A stretch of DNA of 63,194 nt, counting the filler, from Octopus bimaculoides (Eukaryota): assembly GCF_001194135.2 (NCBI RefSeq). It is 3 parts of 3 records of this genome, joined end to end, with 100 filler letters (N's around TTAATTAATTAA, not from the genome) between each part and the next. Parts side by side here need not be neighbours in the genome. Positions count along the whole stretch, not along the records: positions 25,334 to 56,888 come from NC_068983.1; positions 56,989 to 63,194 come from NC_069001.1; 1 more part is not named here. One strand, written 5' to 3'. The translations under genes and the position numbers were made by a program. Shown here one piece after another: positions 50,603 to 63,194 of this stretch (its first letter is position 1; every line of letters begins with the position of its first letter). Under the pieces are notes generated by a model. The model worked only from the letters and a program-made list of their open reading frames with translations, ran no database searches and was not told where the DNA came from.

Positions 50603-51134
50603 AAACAAGCACGCACTCTTATGCGCATACATGCACGCTCAGACATAATCATATAACACATGTATGTTTGTATGTATATATGTATGTATGAATGTATGTA
50701 TGTATGTATGAATGTATGTATATATATATCTATATATAAGTGTATGTGTGTATATCGCTTTTTGTCTTTGTTGCCGTACACATTCGCTAGCTTTCTTACA
50801 AAGGGGTCTAATTCTCTTAGCTTAAACTTTTTTTGGGGGGAAACCAGATCGAACCATCTCAAGTTTAACTGCCCGAAATTGTTGTGACATCTGGAACTTG
50901 ACTGAAGAATGAAGGCCACGAATGACCCGTCTTTTTTGCCTGTTCTTCTAATTGTTGTTTCTCTTGTCTGTCTTTGTAACGTCTATCTGTTCGAATTGTT
51001 TTTATTGTCTTCTATTGCGTTTCTGTTCCATTTTTATATTTATATATTCATATAGCGGCGTACGCATACACTTGTGCTCACTTTATAGAAGGTATGTATT
51101 TAAATTTTCACGACTCTTACTCTATCTGTTAGTC

Positions 51135-51500
51135 CCCTTCTCACTTCATCAGGTGTCTAGGGGAAATTTCGAATTTGGGTTCTCATTCATAAGTTATTTT
51201 TCGATGTTTTCATTATTATTATTCAGTTTTACATTTAAGAGATGAGGAATTATGTACACTATTTACATTTGACGGATATTTGTCCTCATCTTATTTGTTG
51301 TTAACACAATGTTTCGGCTGATATACTTTCCAGCCTTCATCAGGTGTCTTGGGGAAATTTTGAACCTGGGTTCTCATTCCTAAGTTTGAAATTTCCCCAA
51401 GACACCCGATGAAGGCTGGAGGGTATATCAGCCGAAACGTTGTGTTAACAACAAACAAGTTGAGGACAAATATCCGTCAAATGTAAATAATGTACATAAT
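51135..51500. mobile_element. Penelope-like terminal structure: partial tandem pLTR plus inverted pLTR pair
   Basis: 51258-51365 and 51383-51500 are inverted copies (about 110 bp) around ctgggttctcattcctaa; a third partial direct copy is at 51144-51190. Confidence 0.85.
51401..51446 (+). ncRNA. Minimal hammerhead ribozyme motif; mirror copy at 51303-51348 on the minus strand
   Basis: GACAC-CCGAUGA-A-GGCUG/CAGCC-GAAA-CGUU-GUGUU; loopless palindromic stem III ACGU. This copy has U4C; the minus copy has an intact CUGAUGA. Confidence 0.7.
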
Positions 51501-53229
51501 GTATGTATCATATTGTTTCATTCTTTTTGGAAATTGTCAGCATGATATAACATGTGACCTATTAATTAGACATTATTTTATGAAGAGAGACATTTCATTA
51601 AGGATAGAAATAATTGCAATTTGGAGGAACTGCATGAATTTTTTTTAGTAGCTTAGAGCAGGAGTAAAAATTAAGATTTTAGCGTTTACGTATGAAATAT
51701 TAGTTGCTTTCAGGGGAATTTTACTCGGTGAGATTGTCTTACAGAAGCCATTAATTTCATTTTCAGTCTCAACTCCACAAACCGTTTTCTCATATATTCT
51801 TTGAGGTGAACATAATCGTCTCAAGCTATTTCATATTGGTAACCCGTCGCGTTTGTAGTCGAAAAAGCATCTGCTCATAAACACACGTGCCTTGACAATC
51901 GTCAACAGTTTAAAATAGACTTTGGTGAAATCACAGCTATGATTTTTCAAATGTACGTGGTTTCTCTAGTGAAGACACTTACCATATACATATATTAATA
52001 CATACATACATAAATACATACATAATATATATATATATATATATATATANNNNNNNNNNNNNNNNNNNNNNNNNNNNNNNNNNNNNNNNNNNNNNNNNNN
52101 NNNNNNNNNNNNNNNNNNNNNNNNNNNNNNNNNNNNNNNNNNNNNNNNNNNNNNNNNNNNNNNNNNNNNNNNNNNNNNNNNNNNNNNNNNNNNNNNNNNN
52201 NNNNNNNNNNNNNNNNNNNNNNNNNNNNNNNNNNNNNNNNNNNNNNNNNNNNNNNNNNNNNNNNNNNNNNNNNNNNNNNNNNNNNNNNNNNNNNNNNNNN
52301 NNNNNNNNNNNNNNNNNNNNNNNNNNNNNNNNNNNNNNNNNNNNNNNNNNNNNNNNNNNNNNNNNNNNNNNNNNNNNNNNNNNNNNNNNNNNNNNNNNNN
52401 NNNNNNNNNNNNNNNNNNNNNNNNNNNNNNNNNNNNNNNNNNNNNNNNNNNNNNNNNNNNNNNNNNNNNNNNNNNNNNNNNNNNNNNNNNNNNNNNNNNN
52501 NNNNNNNNNNNNNNNNNNNNNNNNNNNNNNNNNNNNNNNNNNNNNNNNNNNNNNNNNNNNNNNNNNNNNNNNNNNNNNNNNNNNNNNNNNNNNNNNNNNN
52601 NNNNNNNNNNNNNNNNNNNNNNNNNNNNNNNNNNNNNNNNNNNNNNNNNNNNNNNNNNNNNNNNNNNNNNNNNNNNNNNNNNNNNNNNNNNNNNNNNNNN
52701 NNNNNNNNNNNNNNNNNNNNNNNNNNNNNNNNNNNNNNNNNNNNNNNNNNNNNNNNNNNNNNNNNNNNNNNNNNNNNNNNNNNNNNNNNNACAAGAATTT
52801 TTGGCTTCGACGATGATCCTTCCAGTTGGTCTGTCAACAGAACCAAATGTTCAGCGAATTATTGTGCAAGTGGTTGAGTATTCCCCAGACAAATATATCT
52901 TTAATGTAATCCTCAAGCAGAGGCTTTGTAGCAAGGTTGTAACTTTCAATTTAACTTACGCTACATCTCACGGGCTTCAACACAATTTCCTTTTACCCAA
53001 TTTCTTCATAGGTCTTGAGCTGATACAAAATGATAATAAGTTTTTTTCCCCCAAAATAATCCCTAAAAGTAAGAAAAGATCCCAGTTTACCATCTTGGAA
53101 CAACAGTATTTCAGTTATAAAGTGATTCAACAGCGAATGAGAGCATTGCACTGCAACAGACTGGTTTTTCAAAGGACAACGATTTCTCAGTATTCATACA
53201 TAAAATATTATAGACGTCAGTTCCTTGAA

Positions 53230-53660
53230 AAACGATTTAGACATGCTATTTGAGTACAATTCCTGATCAACATCGTTCCTCTTTCATTAATCCAATATGA
53301 AGCATAAAGCTTTAAATAGACATCATGGAGAATGGCCACAATCATATGGCTGAAATAATATGAACAATGTAACAGACAGCAATATGAATCCAGCCAGTTT
53401 GATATCATAGATTATTGCCCTTACGTTACGAAACCTTTACTTCAAAAAGCATTAACTTTCATCAACGACCATATTCCCATTAGTGAATCCGATATTAAAA
53501 TCATTATGCATGGAAGAAAATCTCTATTGACTTTTGACAACAAAGTATGGGTTTGAAAAAATGGCAATTCTTTCTTTGGAGTTTAGTAATTATTCTTTTG
53601 ATGTTAACATGGGATCAAAGGACTAGACTGAACTTTGTGAATTAATTTGTCATTTTAAAT
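53230..53660 (+). pseudogene. Penelope-like reverse transcriptase remnant
   Basis: FDIIDYCPYVTKPLLQKALTFINDHIPISESDIKIIMHGRKSLLTFDNKVWV*KNGNSF..FDVNMGSKD*TELCELI matches PLE RT motifs (FDIxxxYPSI, MG, ELCEL). Confidence 0.8.
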
Positions 53661-53729
53661 TATATCTATATGTATTCTTTTGCAGGGTATATATACTGCA
53701 ATGACAGTCGTTTAATATGACATAACGTT

Positions 53730-53945
53730 AAGGCAGCGAGCAGAACCGAGTCGCTAGGATGCCAAGTAAAATGCTTAGCGGTATTTTGTCTGTCTTTACG
53801 TTTTGAGTTCAAATTCAACCAATTTCGACTTTTGCCTTTCGGGACCGATAAAATACAAACTAGTTTAGCACTGTTGTTGATGTAATCGACTTATCAATTC
53901 TCCCCGAAATTTCTGGCCTTGTGTTAAAATTTAAAATCAATATTA
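53730..53945 (+). mobile_element. SINE family A, older monomer
   Basis: aaggcagcgag..aatgcttagcggtattttgtc..gagttcaaattc..aaatttctggccttgtg. Confidence 0.7.
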
Positions 53946-54747
53946 CATAGCACGAATGTCGAAGAAGATTTAAGGGGAGAAAACTAATAGATTTATATAA
54001 AGGTTTTAATTTGAAAATTATAGTCAACACTAACCTCAGAATAGTTAGTTTTCTTGATATCATATTAGATATAGATACATGCCAGTACAATTCCCAGTGA
54101 AAATATAATGAAATTTTACAACATATACCTAATAATTTGAAGCCACGTAACTGAGAGGTCAGATATCAAAAATGGTGACGAGTGAAAAAGGAAACGGTTC
54201 CATCAAGTAGTTTCGGGAGAAGAGATAGCATTCAAAGAACTCAGAAGGAGCAAAAACCGTTGTAGAAGCGGCAGAAGAGTGCCGAGGAGAGAAAACAGCA
54301 AAAACAATAACAACAGCTTAGTTCCAGTTTGGAAATGGAAGCTGTGTTCTTGAATCAATTCTTCGAAGAGATAAAATTTCACAACAGCATCTCTTAACAC
54401 GATTATAGTAATAAGAACAACGATAAAAATGTAGCATCAGAATAACGAAGTGATAAATCTGTTGCAAAGTGCCAGAGAGATACTTCCAACATTGGAATAT
54501 ACCCAGCATTCTATCAGTTATTTCTACCATTCAGATTAAAGTCCACATTGGCAACAAAATAGATTTTTATCAATATATATTACAGCTTTTTTTTTTCTTG
54601 CAGCCTCACTGAATTGATGTCAGCATATTAGAAAGTCCAATTAAAAAACGGAAATATAACACTTCCTCTATGGTCAGGATCCCAAAACTTTAAAAAAACA
54701 AAAAATGATTTCTATAATACGGTTATTCTTTGCCTATCTTTCTACGT

Positions 54748-54754
<7 letters not shown>

Positions 54755-54785
<31 letters not shown>

Positions 54786-55470
54786 TGTATGTATATATGT
54801 GTGTATGTATATGTATGTATATATATATGTATATGTATGTATATATGTATGTATATATATATGTATATGTATGTATANNNNNNNNNNNNNNNNNNNNNNN
54901 NNNNNNNNNNNNNNNNNNNNNNNNNNNNNNNNNNNNNNNNNNNNNNNNNNNNNNNNNNNNNNNNNNNNNNNNNNNNNNNNNNNNNNNNNNNNNNNNNNNN
55001 NNNNNNNNNNNNNNNNNNNNNNNNNNNNNNNNNNNNNNNNNNNNNNNNNNNNNNNNNNNNNNNNNNNNNNNNNNNNNNNNNNNNNNNNNNNNNNNNNNNN
55101 NNNNNNNNNNNNNNNNNNNNNNNNNNNNNNNNNNNNNNNNNNNNNNNNNNNNNNNNNNNNNNNNNNNNNNNNNNNNNNNNNNNNNNNNNNNNNNNNNNNN
55201 NNNNNNNNNNNNNNNNNNNNNNNNNNNNNCATCCATCTATCCATCCATCCATCCATCCACCCATTCATACATACACACACACATATATCCAAACATACAT
55301 ACATACATACATACATAATACATACATACATACACACATACATACATACATACATACACACACACACATACATACACACGTACATACATACATACGCACA
55401 TACATACATACATACATACATACACACACATACATACGTACATACATACATACATACATAATACATACAT

Positions 55471-55508
<38 letters not shown>

Positions 55509-55744
55509 ATCACACATGATATGTAAATATGGAATAGATAAAAACAGAAAAAAATGTGATGGTGGTTGTCAGTTGGATGTATTTCTTAGGAACTGATACT
55601 AAATGAATGGAGTTCAGCATTTCTTTGATATACACAGAAGCTGCAATCTTGCATTGAATTTATTGCTGTTTGAGGCCTCCATACACTGTTGTCAAATGTA
55701 TAAAAATCTCCTGCTTGCATGTGATGTATATATGCATGTCTGAG

Positions 55745-55775
<31 letters not shown>

Positions 55776-55850
55776 ACGTTGCTGTGTGTGTGTGTGACGT
55801 TGCTGCGTGTGATTGTGTATGTCATGTGCACATGCATATGTTTGCATACG

Positions 55851-55888
<38 letters not shown>

Positions 55889-55961
55889 TGCGTGTGTCCA
55901 TATGTATTTGTGTTTATGATGTTAGAATTTATGAATGAATGTGTGTATGCATATATATATA

Positions 55962-55995
<34 letters not shown>

Positions 55996-56020
55996 TGTGT
56001 GTATGTGTGTGTGTGTGCGT
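54755..56020. repeat. Compound (CA)n/(TATG)n/(CATC)n/(CATA)n/(GT)n microsatellite field
   Basis: Directly visible; source of many spurious ORFs. Confidence 0.9.
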
Positions 56021-56124
56021 ATGTGAGCTCTCTCCTTTGTTCAGAAAACGAAAGAGAAGAAAAAGTAAGAGGATAGAGAAAGTGATAGTGTGAGGAGAGG
56101 TCGTAAAGAGACAAGAAATGTAGC

Positions 56125-56161
<37 letters not shown>

Positions 56162-56588
56162 AGGAAGACGAAAAAGAAGAGGGGGAGAGGGGAGGAGAGA
56201 GTAAAATATGCTGCTTCGGAGAGAGAGGAGGAGAGCAAGAAACAAACAGTATGAGAGAGAAAGAGTGAGAGACAAAGAGAGAGAGAGAGAGAAAGAGAGA
56301 AAGAGATAGAGAAACAAAGAAAAAGAGGAAAGTTTCATCAGTGCTCCAGTATGGTGGCTAAACACACACACCCATCCACCCATCCACCTCCCCCCACACA
56401 CAAATGGGTGAGAGAAATATCTTTACCAGACGACATAGCACGTGACCAACTAACTGAATGCAACCAGTATGATTTTGTTATATGTACATGTGTGTGTGTA
56501 TGTGTGTGTGTATGTATGTATATATTTGTGTGCGCGTGTGTATGTGTGTATGCATGTATGTATGTTTGTGAATATATACGTGCAAGTG

Positions 56589-56832
56589 TGCCAGTTGTTT
56601 CGATCAGTCGACATTATTGTGCAAGTGGTTGAGAGCTCCGCAGACACGTGCATCCTTGACGTAGTTCTCAAGGTGATTCACAGAGAACTACAGGGTGCAA
56701 CCCATCTTTTGCCAGCTGAGTGGATTGGAGCAACGAGAAATAAAGTGACCTACTCAAGGACATAACGCGTCACCGAGAATCGAACTCATGATCTCGTGAG
56801 CCAAATACACTAGCGACTAGGTCACACGCCTT
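56589..56832 (-). mobile_element. SINE family D
   Basis: Reverse complement similarity to 39193-39510 (gtgcaagtggttgagagctccgcagacacgtg; ccagctgagtggattggagcaac). Confidence 0.75.
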
Positions 56833-56834
56833 TA

Positions 56835-56888
<54 letters not shown>

Positions 56889-57036
56889 NNNNNNNNNNNN
56901 NNNNNNNNNNNNNNNNNNNNNNNNNNNNNNNNTTAATTAATTAANNNNNNNNNNNNNNNNNNNNNNNNNNNNNNNNNNNNNNNNNNNNATAAAATATAAA
57001 AGCAAAGCCAAGGAAAATATCTGAGTATTGTGATAA

Positions 57037-57954
57037 ATGATGCAAGATGAACTCAAGGATAGATGTGAAACAAAGTCGAAAAATATTGATTTTCCTAATG
57101 ACATAGAGAAAGAAAAAACATTAAATCACTCTGATATCTCTGGTAAATCAATCTCGCAAACTAGTCACTTTAGGAAACAGAAATACATTCATACACGAGA
57201 GAAACCACATCAGTGTGATATTTGTGGTAAATCATTTTCTCAAAGTAGTCACTTGACTACACACAAGCGCAATCATACTGGTGAGAAACCATATGTCTGT
57301 AATATCTGTGGTAAATCTTTCTCTCAAAGTAGTGAATTAATTTCTCACAAACGTATTCACACAGGAGAGAAACCATATCACTGTGATATCTGTGATAAGC
57401 CATTCTCTCAAAGTGGGGAATTAATTAAGCACAAACGTGTTCATACAGGAGAGAAACCATATCATTGTGGTATCTGTGGTAAATCATTCTCTCAAAATGG
57501 TAACTTAATTACTCACAAACGTATTCATACAGGAGAAAGGCCATATCAGTGTGATATCTGTGGTAAATCGTTTTCTGAACATAGTGCTACAATCAAACAC
57601 AAGCGTATTCACACAGGGGAGAAGCCATATCACTGTGATATCTGTGGTAAATCATTTTCTGGAAGTTCAAACTTAACTATTCATAAACGGAGTCATACAG
57701 GAGAGAAACCATATCACTGTGTTATCTGTGGTAAATCATTCTATACAAATAGTGCCCTAACTACACACAAGTATATTCATACAGGAGAGAAGCCACATCC
57801 CTGCGATATCTGTGGTAAATCATTCTCTGGAAAAAGTGCCCTAACTACTCACAAACGTGTTCATACAGGAGAGAAGCCATATCATTGTGATAACTGTGGT
57901 AGATCATTCTCTCAAAGATCTCATTTAGCTGTACATGTATGTATCCCTGGCTGA
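57037..57954 (+). CDS. C2H2 zinc-finger protein, 305 aa: 8 canonical fingers plus degenerate first and last fingers
   Basis: Uninterrupted CxxC-x12-HxxxH repeats with TGEKPY linkers. The last finger lacks its second His (AVHVCIPG). It starts 49 bp after a scaffold gap, so the N-terminus may be incomplete. Confidence 0.95.
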   Translation: MMQDELKDRCETKSKNIDFPNDIEKEKTLNHSDISGKSISQTSHFRKQKYIHTREKPHQCDICGKSFSQSSHLTTHKRNHTGEKPYVCNICGKSFSQSSELISHKRIHTGEKPYHCDICDKPFSQSGELIKHKRVHTGEKPYHCGICGKSFSQNGNLITHKRIHTGERPYQCDICGKSFSEHSATIKHKRIHTGEKPYHCDICGKSFSGSSNLTIHKRSHTGEKPYHCVICGKSFYTNSALTTHKYIHTGEKPHPCDICGKSFSGKSALTTHKRVHTGEKPYHCDNCGRSFSQRSHLAVHVCIPG

Positions 57955-58479
57955 AGTTGTATGGCCTAAGTAAGTGGCTGACACAATTTATGAATTCTCA
58001 TCATCATTGTTTTAATGTCCATTCTACATGATGGTATGGGTTTGATATGTCTGTTACACAAGATATCAGAACATCTCAATTGTGAGGCCCAGGATCTTGA
58101 GTTCTGACCTCGTTATTCTTTGTAAATATTCTTAATTACCTGAAATTGAAATAAATCTGGTTTTGCTCTTCAATTATTCTCCTGTTATTCTAAATGTAGA
58201 ACATTTAACCAAAACTTGTCCTGATACAACCATAAACTACAGAATTCACAGACTTGATCAATGTCTGATAAAAGTTACACATTTTCCAAACTGATCTTCA
58301 AAGCTGTTTGCTTTGTATTTATATAATTTGTTGACCAGTTGGTGTTATAAAGTCTCTCTTCCACTTAAGAATAGTGTTTAAGTTTGTAATGAAGTTTCAC
58401 TCTGGTCATGTTGATCGAAATATACCAGTAATACTTTCCAGATGTCAGAAACACAAACAGTTTATATTTAATGGACATA

Positions 58480-59153
58480 GGGACAAAAACTTTACTTAGT
58501 GCAAGTTTTGAAGAGTGCAGTCAAACTTTAAGTTATTTTTTCAAAACTATAATGGAAGTGACAAAGGAGCATATTTTGCTTTATGAGTTTAATGAAGGTA
58601 ACAACACAATGGAAAGTGCGAGGAATATTAATGCAGTGTATAGGGATCGGATAATAAGCATAAGCCAGTGTCAACAGTGGTTCCAGAAATTCCGAGCTGG
58701 AAACTACAGCCAAGAAGATAAGCCTCATCCTGGAAGCTCTGTAGAGATCCAAGCAGAGAAGCTTGGATTTGATCATTCAACCAATCATATATGAATATAT
58801 ATACATATTTGTTATATATGTATGCCAAAATATATATATATAGGTTCATCCCATAAACGACCAGCTTTGGCTTCAAGAAGAAAGGTGTTCTTCCAGCGAG
58901 GGTGACATTTCAAAGGCTGAAGCAGTTTGAATGGGAAATGATGCCCCACCCACCACATTTGCTGGACATTGCCCCATCTGATTATCATGAATTCTGTAGA
59001 CGAGGTCAGAACACTACTGGAAGAGTATTTTTTCTCATGGACAAGTGTACCAGATAGATGAAAGAGTATATTTTAGATTAAAAAAGAACATCTTAATTTT
59101 GAAAAATAAAAGAAGTATAAAAAAACCACATTATTTATGGGATAATCCAATAT
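58480..59153 (+). mobile_element. Fragmented mariner transposon
   Basis: MEVTKEHILLYEFNEGNNTMESARNINAVY..QCQQWFQKFRAGNYSQEDKPHPG (HTH region), WEMMPHPPHLLDIAPSDYH, 3' TIR-like ttatttatgggataatccaata-TA. Confidence 0.85.
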
Positions 59154-59930
59154 ATGAATACATATGTGTGTCTGTATAGATGTATAGATGTATATTCACT
59201 CAACCTGAATACTGGGCTATCAACACTGTCAGAATCCAAGCCAAGGCTGGAATACTTCTGGTGTAGGAAATCCAAGTTCCATGATGATTATACCATCATA
59301 TGGATTGGCAAAGAATAAATAATCCAATGAAAAGAAGACAAGGAAAATTCTTTGACACATGCTGCCATACCATCTCCATTTGCATGTCTGAGGAAGTACC
59401 TCTTCAATGCCTAAAACTGCAGATATTATGTAATTCTTTTTTTTAGAATTTTCGTGTAAACTTGCAAATGGAGATGGTAGAGAAACGTGTCACTTGTAAT
59501 CAAAGATGTGTTAAAGAATTTTCTTTTGTCTTCTTTTCATTTTGTGTGCGTGTATGCGTTCGCCATCACAACTTCGTTTAGGCTTAGCAGCCCTTCCTGT
59601 TTGTGTTACCTATTTTGACCCTCCGAAAACGTCCCAAATCCCAACTGTTTTATCAAAAGCGTATAATGTTGTTAAATACTTGAAATACGAGACTAGAAAA
59701 ACAGCCAACAATTGACGAAGGGTCATTCTTTATGTTGTTTGTTCTGTTTTCCATTTGTGTCTTTGATTGTTTGAAAGAATAGTTCATGATCTGTGTACAT
59801 ATGCTTCTTATTTTTTTGTTGTCCATGTTTCATGATGTTCTGTGCCCATGTATGCTTATATATATATATATATACGTATAGATGTAGGCATGTACATACA
59901 CATATGTATGTATGCATATATTATTTATAT

Positions 59931-59987
<57 letters not shown>

Positions 59988-60589
59988 AGCATTTCATGCC
60001 TACATTCCATGCGTGCATGGGTTGGATGGTTGATCAGGATTCAAGCCATTTGTTGTATGAGTTTAGCAGATTTGTTGTCAAAAAGGGGCAGGAGGAAAGG
60101 GACTAAACAGAGACAATATTAGGGAAGGTGCAATAGGGGAGAGAGAGAGAGTTTTTAAAAAAATGTAATGCCAGAAGGTTGGTGAAAGGGTCAGCGAAAG
60201 ATAAGGATGGTGGGGCAAGTAGGAAGAGATGCATTACTACCCCATGTTATATTTAGGTGGGTAGAGTGGTGCATGAGGGAGACACAATAAGGAGAAGCCA
60301 GGGCCTAAACACAAAATAGTGTGTCCAAGAGAGCATGATAACAGAAGACTGAGGGAGGGTAGATAACTGTTACAAGAGTGTACTTCCTCCCCACTCAAGC
60401 GCCATGATTTAGGAGAGAGGGAAACGGAAAAGAAATATGTGCAGAAGGAGTGCTTTCTTCTTAGTGATGGATGGTATGATGCGTAAGAGTGGAGATGTGA
60501 ATGGGTAAGAGGTTGGGGTTTGTGTACCACCCCTTTATATTAATGGGTATTTTGTCAAGCTTGCTGGAGATGTGGAATCTTCTGCAGCG

Positions 60590-60780
60590 CTACATGTCCC
60601 CTATTCCCTTGATCTCCTCCTTGGTCAGATATAACATCTTGAGATCACGTTTTTCACTGCCTTGTCCCAAGATTTCTCTTCAGTCTCCTCTTCCACAGCT
60701 ACCATTCATTTTGAGCATGTGAAGAATTTGGAAGACAAGGAGATTCTTCTCTTCCCTACAAAGTTGGAAATCATTGAATA
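60590..60780 (-). mobile_element. RTE LINE C-terminal fragment
   Basis: The minus strand reads, with frameshifts, GSCGRG.....SWDKAVK.DLKMLYLTKEE, like the RTE C-terminal GRGRPRKTW motif. Confidence 0.6.
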
Positions 60781-60851
60781 AACTAATTAAAACCATAACG
60801 AGATGATTCAAGAATCTCATTTCCATAATCATAATATTCATTGGTGTCTGT

Positions 60852-61240
60852 AAAGTGCGAAGCTGGCAGAATGGTTGGCATGGCGATTAAAATGCTTAGC
60901 ATTTTGTGGATCTCGATGATATGAGTTCAAATCCTACCAAGGTTGACTTTGCCTTTCATCCTTCTCTTCCCGGGGGGGGGGGTCAATAAAATAAATACCT
61001 GTGGAGCACTAGGGGTTGATCCAATCAGCCGTGTCCGTTTTCTGTAAGGGGTTGGCCTGGAGAATCATTTGCATTCCAGACAAAATGCTTAGAGTTCAGC
61101 TTTGCCTCTTAATATCTCAAGTACCATTTATTGACTGGTACTCTCGATAAATTAAGTACCAGTCGCATACTGGGGTTGTTGTAATTGACTTGCTCACTTT
61201 CTCTGAAATTGCTGGCCTTGTGCTAAAATTTGAAACCAGT
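60852..61240 (+). mobile_element. Old or compound SINE family A copies
   Basis: gagttcaaatcctaccaaggttgactttgcctttcatcc; gataaattaagtaccagt; aaattgctggccttgtgc. Confidence 0.65.
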
Positions 61241-61601
61241 ATTTATTGATGTAGTTTCGTTTTAGTTAATTACAAAACCAGTTTATTTTGGTAATGTTTC
61301 GGGCTTAAAGAACGGTTTCTGAACATACAGAATTTCTTAAACAAACATTTATTTTTTTTATTTATTTAAATTTAGGGAAGATGAATTATTTTACAAAAAA
61401 AAAAATGGGAAATATAGGGGTTTAAAAAAAAAAAAATTATTAAGTAAGATAATAGAAAATATGATTATTGCTCTTTAAATTTTTGTATCAAAAACAGTTT
61501 GATTAAATAGAATCCAACACAAGCTAACAAGAAACTTGTCTTTGGTTAAATGGCTGCTAGAAATAGCAGCCAAATCTCAAGCCACATATGACCATCTTTA
61601 A

Positions 61602-61815
61602 CCCTTTAGTGTTCAGATTACTCTGTTAAATGTAATACTTTTTCACTTAAATTGTTTTGAATTAATCATGCATTATCTTTTAGCTTTCAAAGATGTGATT
61701 GTTTATTTTTAGAATGTCAATGTAGTTTAGGTGTGAGAAGCTAGATATAGCCAGTTTGAATATAAAACATGTAGAATATATTGGGGCGGATACGGCCAGT
61801 TTAAACACTAAAGGG
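61602..61815. mobile_element. piggyBac-type MITE
   Basis: TTAA|CCCTTTAGTGTT ... AACACTAAAGGG|TTAA: 12-bp perfect TIR and TTAA TSD. Confidence 0.85.
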
Positions 61816-61855
61816 TTAAGAAGGAAGAATACACTATATGGTGGAGCCAACATTA

Positions 61856-62110
61856 AATGTTACCAAATGTTCTTTATTACTCATCCAGCTGGCTTCATTT
61901 CTTCCAAGACTTCATGTCCTCTACAGTAACAGCCCATGTTTCACTGCCATGTAGCAGAGCTGTTCATACACAGGCATCATACAATCTGCTCTTCACTCTG
62001 AAGGAAAGACCCTTTCTTACCAACAAAGGGAGCAGCTCTCTGAACTTTACCCAGCTGGTTCTTACTCCAGCAACTATGCTTACCAGACCGCCTTCCTCCA
62101 CTGCTAACAT
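61856..62110 (-). mobile_element. RTE LINE RT C-terminal fragment
   Basis: SIVAGVRTSWVKFRELLPLLVRKGLSFRVKSRLYDACV*TALLHGSETWAVTVEDM (YGSETW-type motif). Confidence 0.85.
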
Positions 62111-62186
62111 TTTTATATATATTTCTGTTAATATGTGTGAGCTGGTCAAGTTGGTGAAATTGCAGGCCACCAGCCAAAGTTCCAAC

Positions 62187-62290
62187 GGTTCATCAAACAA
62201 GACTGGAGTCTGGTGCAGCCCCTCGGTTCTGGTCAAGCCGTCCAACCCATGCCAGCATGGACAACGGACATTGACTGATGATGACGATTG
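62187..62290 (+). mobile_element. RTE-type 3' tail
   Basis: gtcaagccgtccaacccatgccagcatggacaacggacattgactgatgatgac. Confidence 0.7.
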
Positions 62291-62514
62291 TTGCTGTACC
62301 TAATAATTTTTCAAATATAAATATTGGTATTTGCCATGTGAGCCACACTTTGTGCATGTTGTGAAAGTTACTAAATGACCCCACACAAAACTATCAATAA
62401 GATTAGTAATTAAACAAATTAAAGAAAATAAAAAAAAATAACTGATCAACAAAAATTAAATAATATCCACACTGTAGTTTATTTAAGAAAATGTGAATTC
62501 TGAGATTGATACAG

Positions 62515-63194
<680 letters not shown>

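Noticed and set aside
50443-50919. 158-aa ORF with a protein-like N-terminus
   Set aside because: Most of its length is microsatellite, and the first 55 aa match nothing I recognise.
52801-53253. 150-aa ORF
   Set aside because: It begins at a gap edge upstream of a decayed PLE RT and has no recognisable domain; probably a TE remnant frame.

Overview
AT-rich, gap-ridden animal genomic DNA, most likely a cephalopod (Octopus-like). This is inferred from the [15 protein letters not shown]-type C2H2 zinc-finger arrays and the dense TA/CA/GA/AAT microsatellites and SINEs; it is not a database result. Host genes: one intact single-exon C2H2 zinc-finger ORF (57037-57954, +), a convergent frameshifted paralogue running off the window end (62515-63194, -), and a few weak candidate exons of an unidentified minus-strand gene (4.9-7.1 kb). 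Nearly everything else is mobile DNA: a decayed but complete Ty3/Gypsy LTR element (42863-48367, -) with nested insertions; RLE-type (R4/Dong-like) LINE 3' ends stacked inside (AAT)n arrays; RTE LINE fragments and RTE-tailed repeats; Penelope-like pieces carrying minimal hammerhead ribozyme motifs; three mariner remnants; hAT, piggyBac and GG..CC/8-bp-TSD MITEs; a TIR element starting a SAP-like ORF; and several tRNA-derived SINE families. The most notable observations are a head-to-tail dimeric SINE inserted as one TSD-flanked unit at three loci (always at AATAT), palindromic-stem-III hammerheads, fold-back MITEs with telomere-like cores, and stacked microsatellite-targeting LINEs. Most ORFs in the supplied track are microsatellite or gap artefacts. 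There are no CRISPR arrays, rRNA genes or convincing intact tRNA genes.
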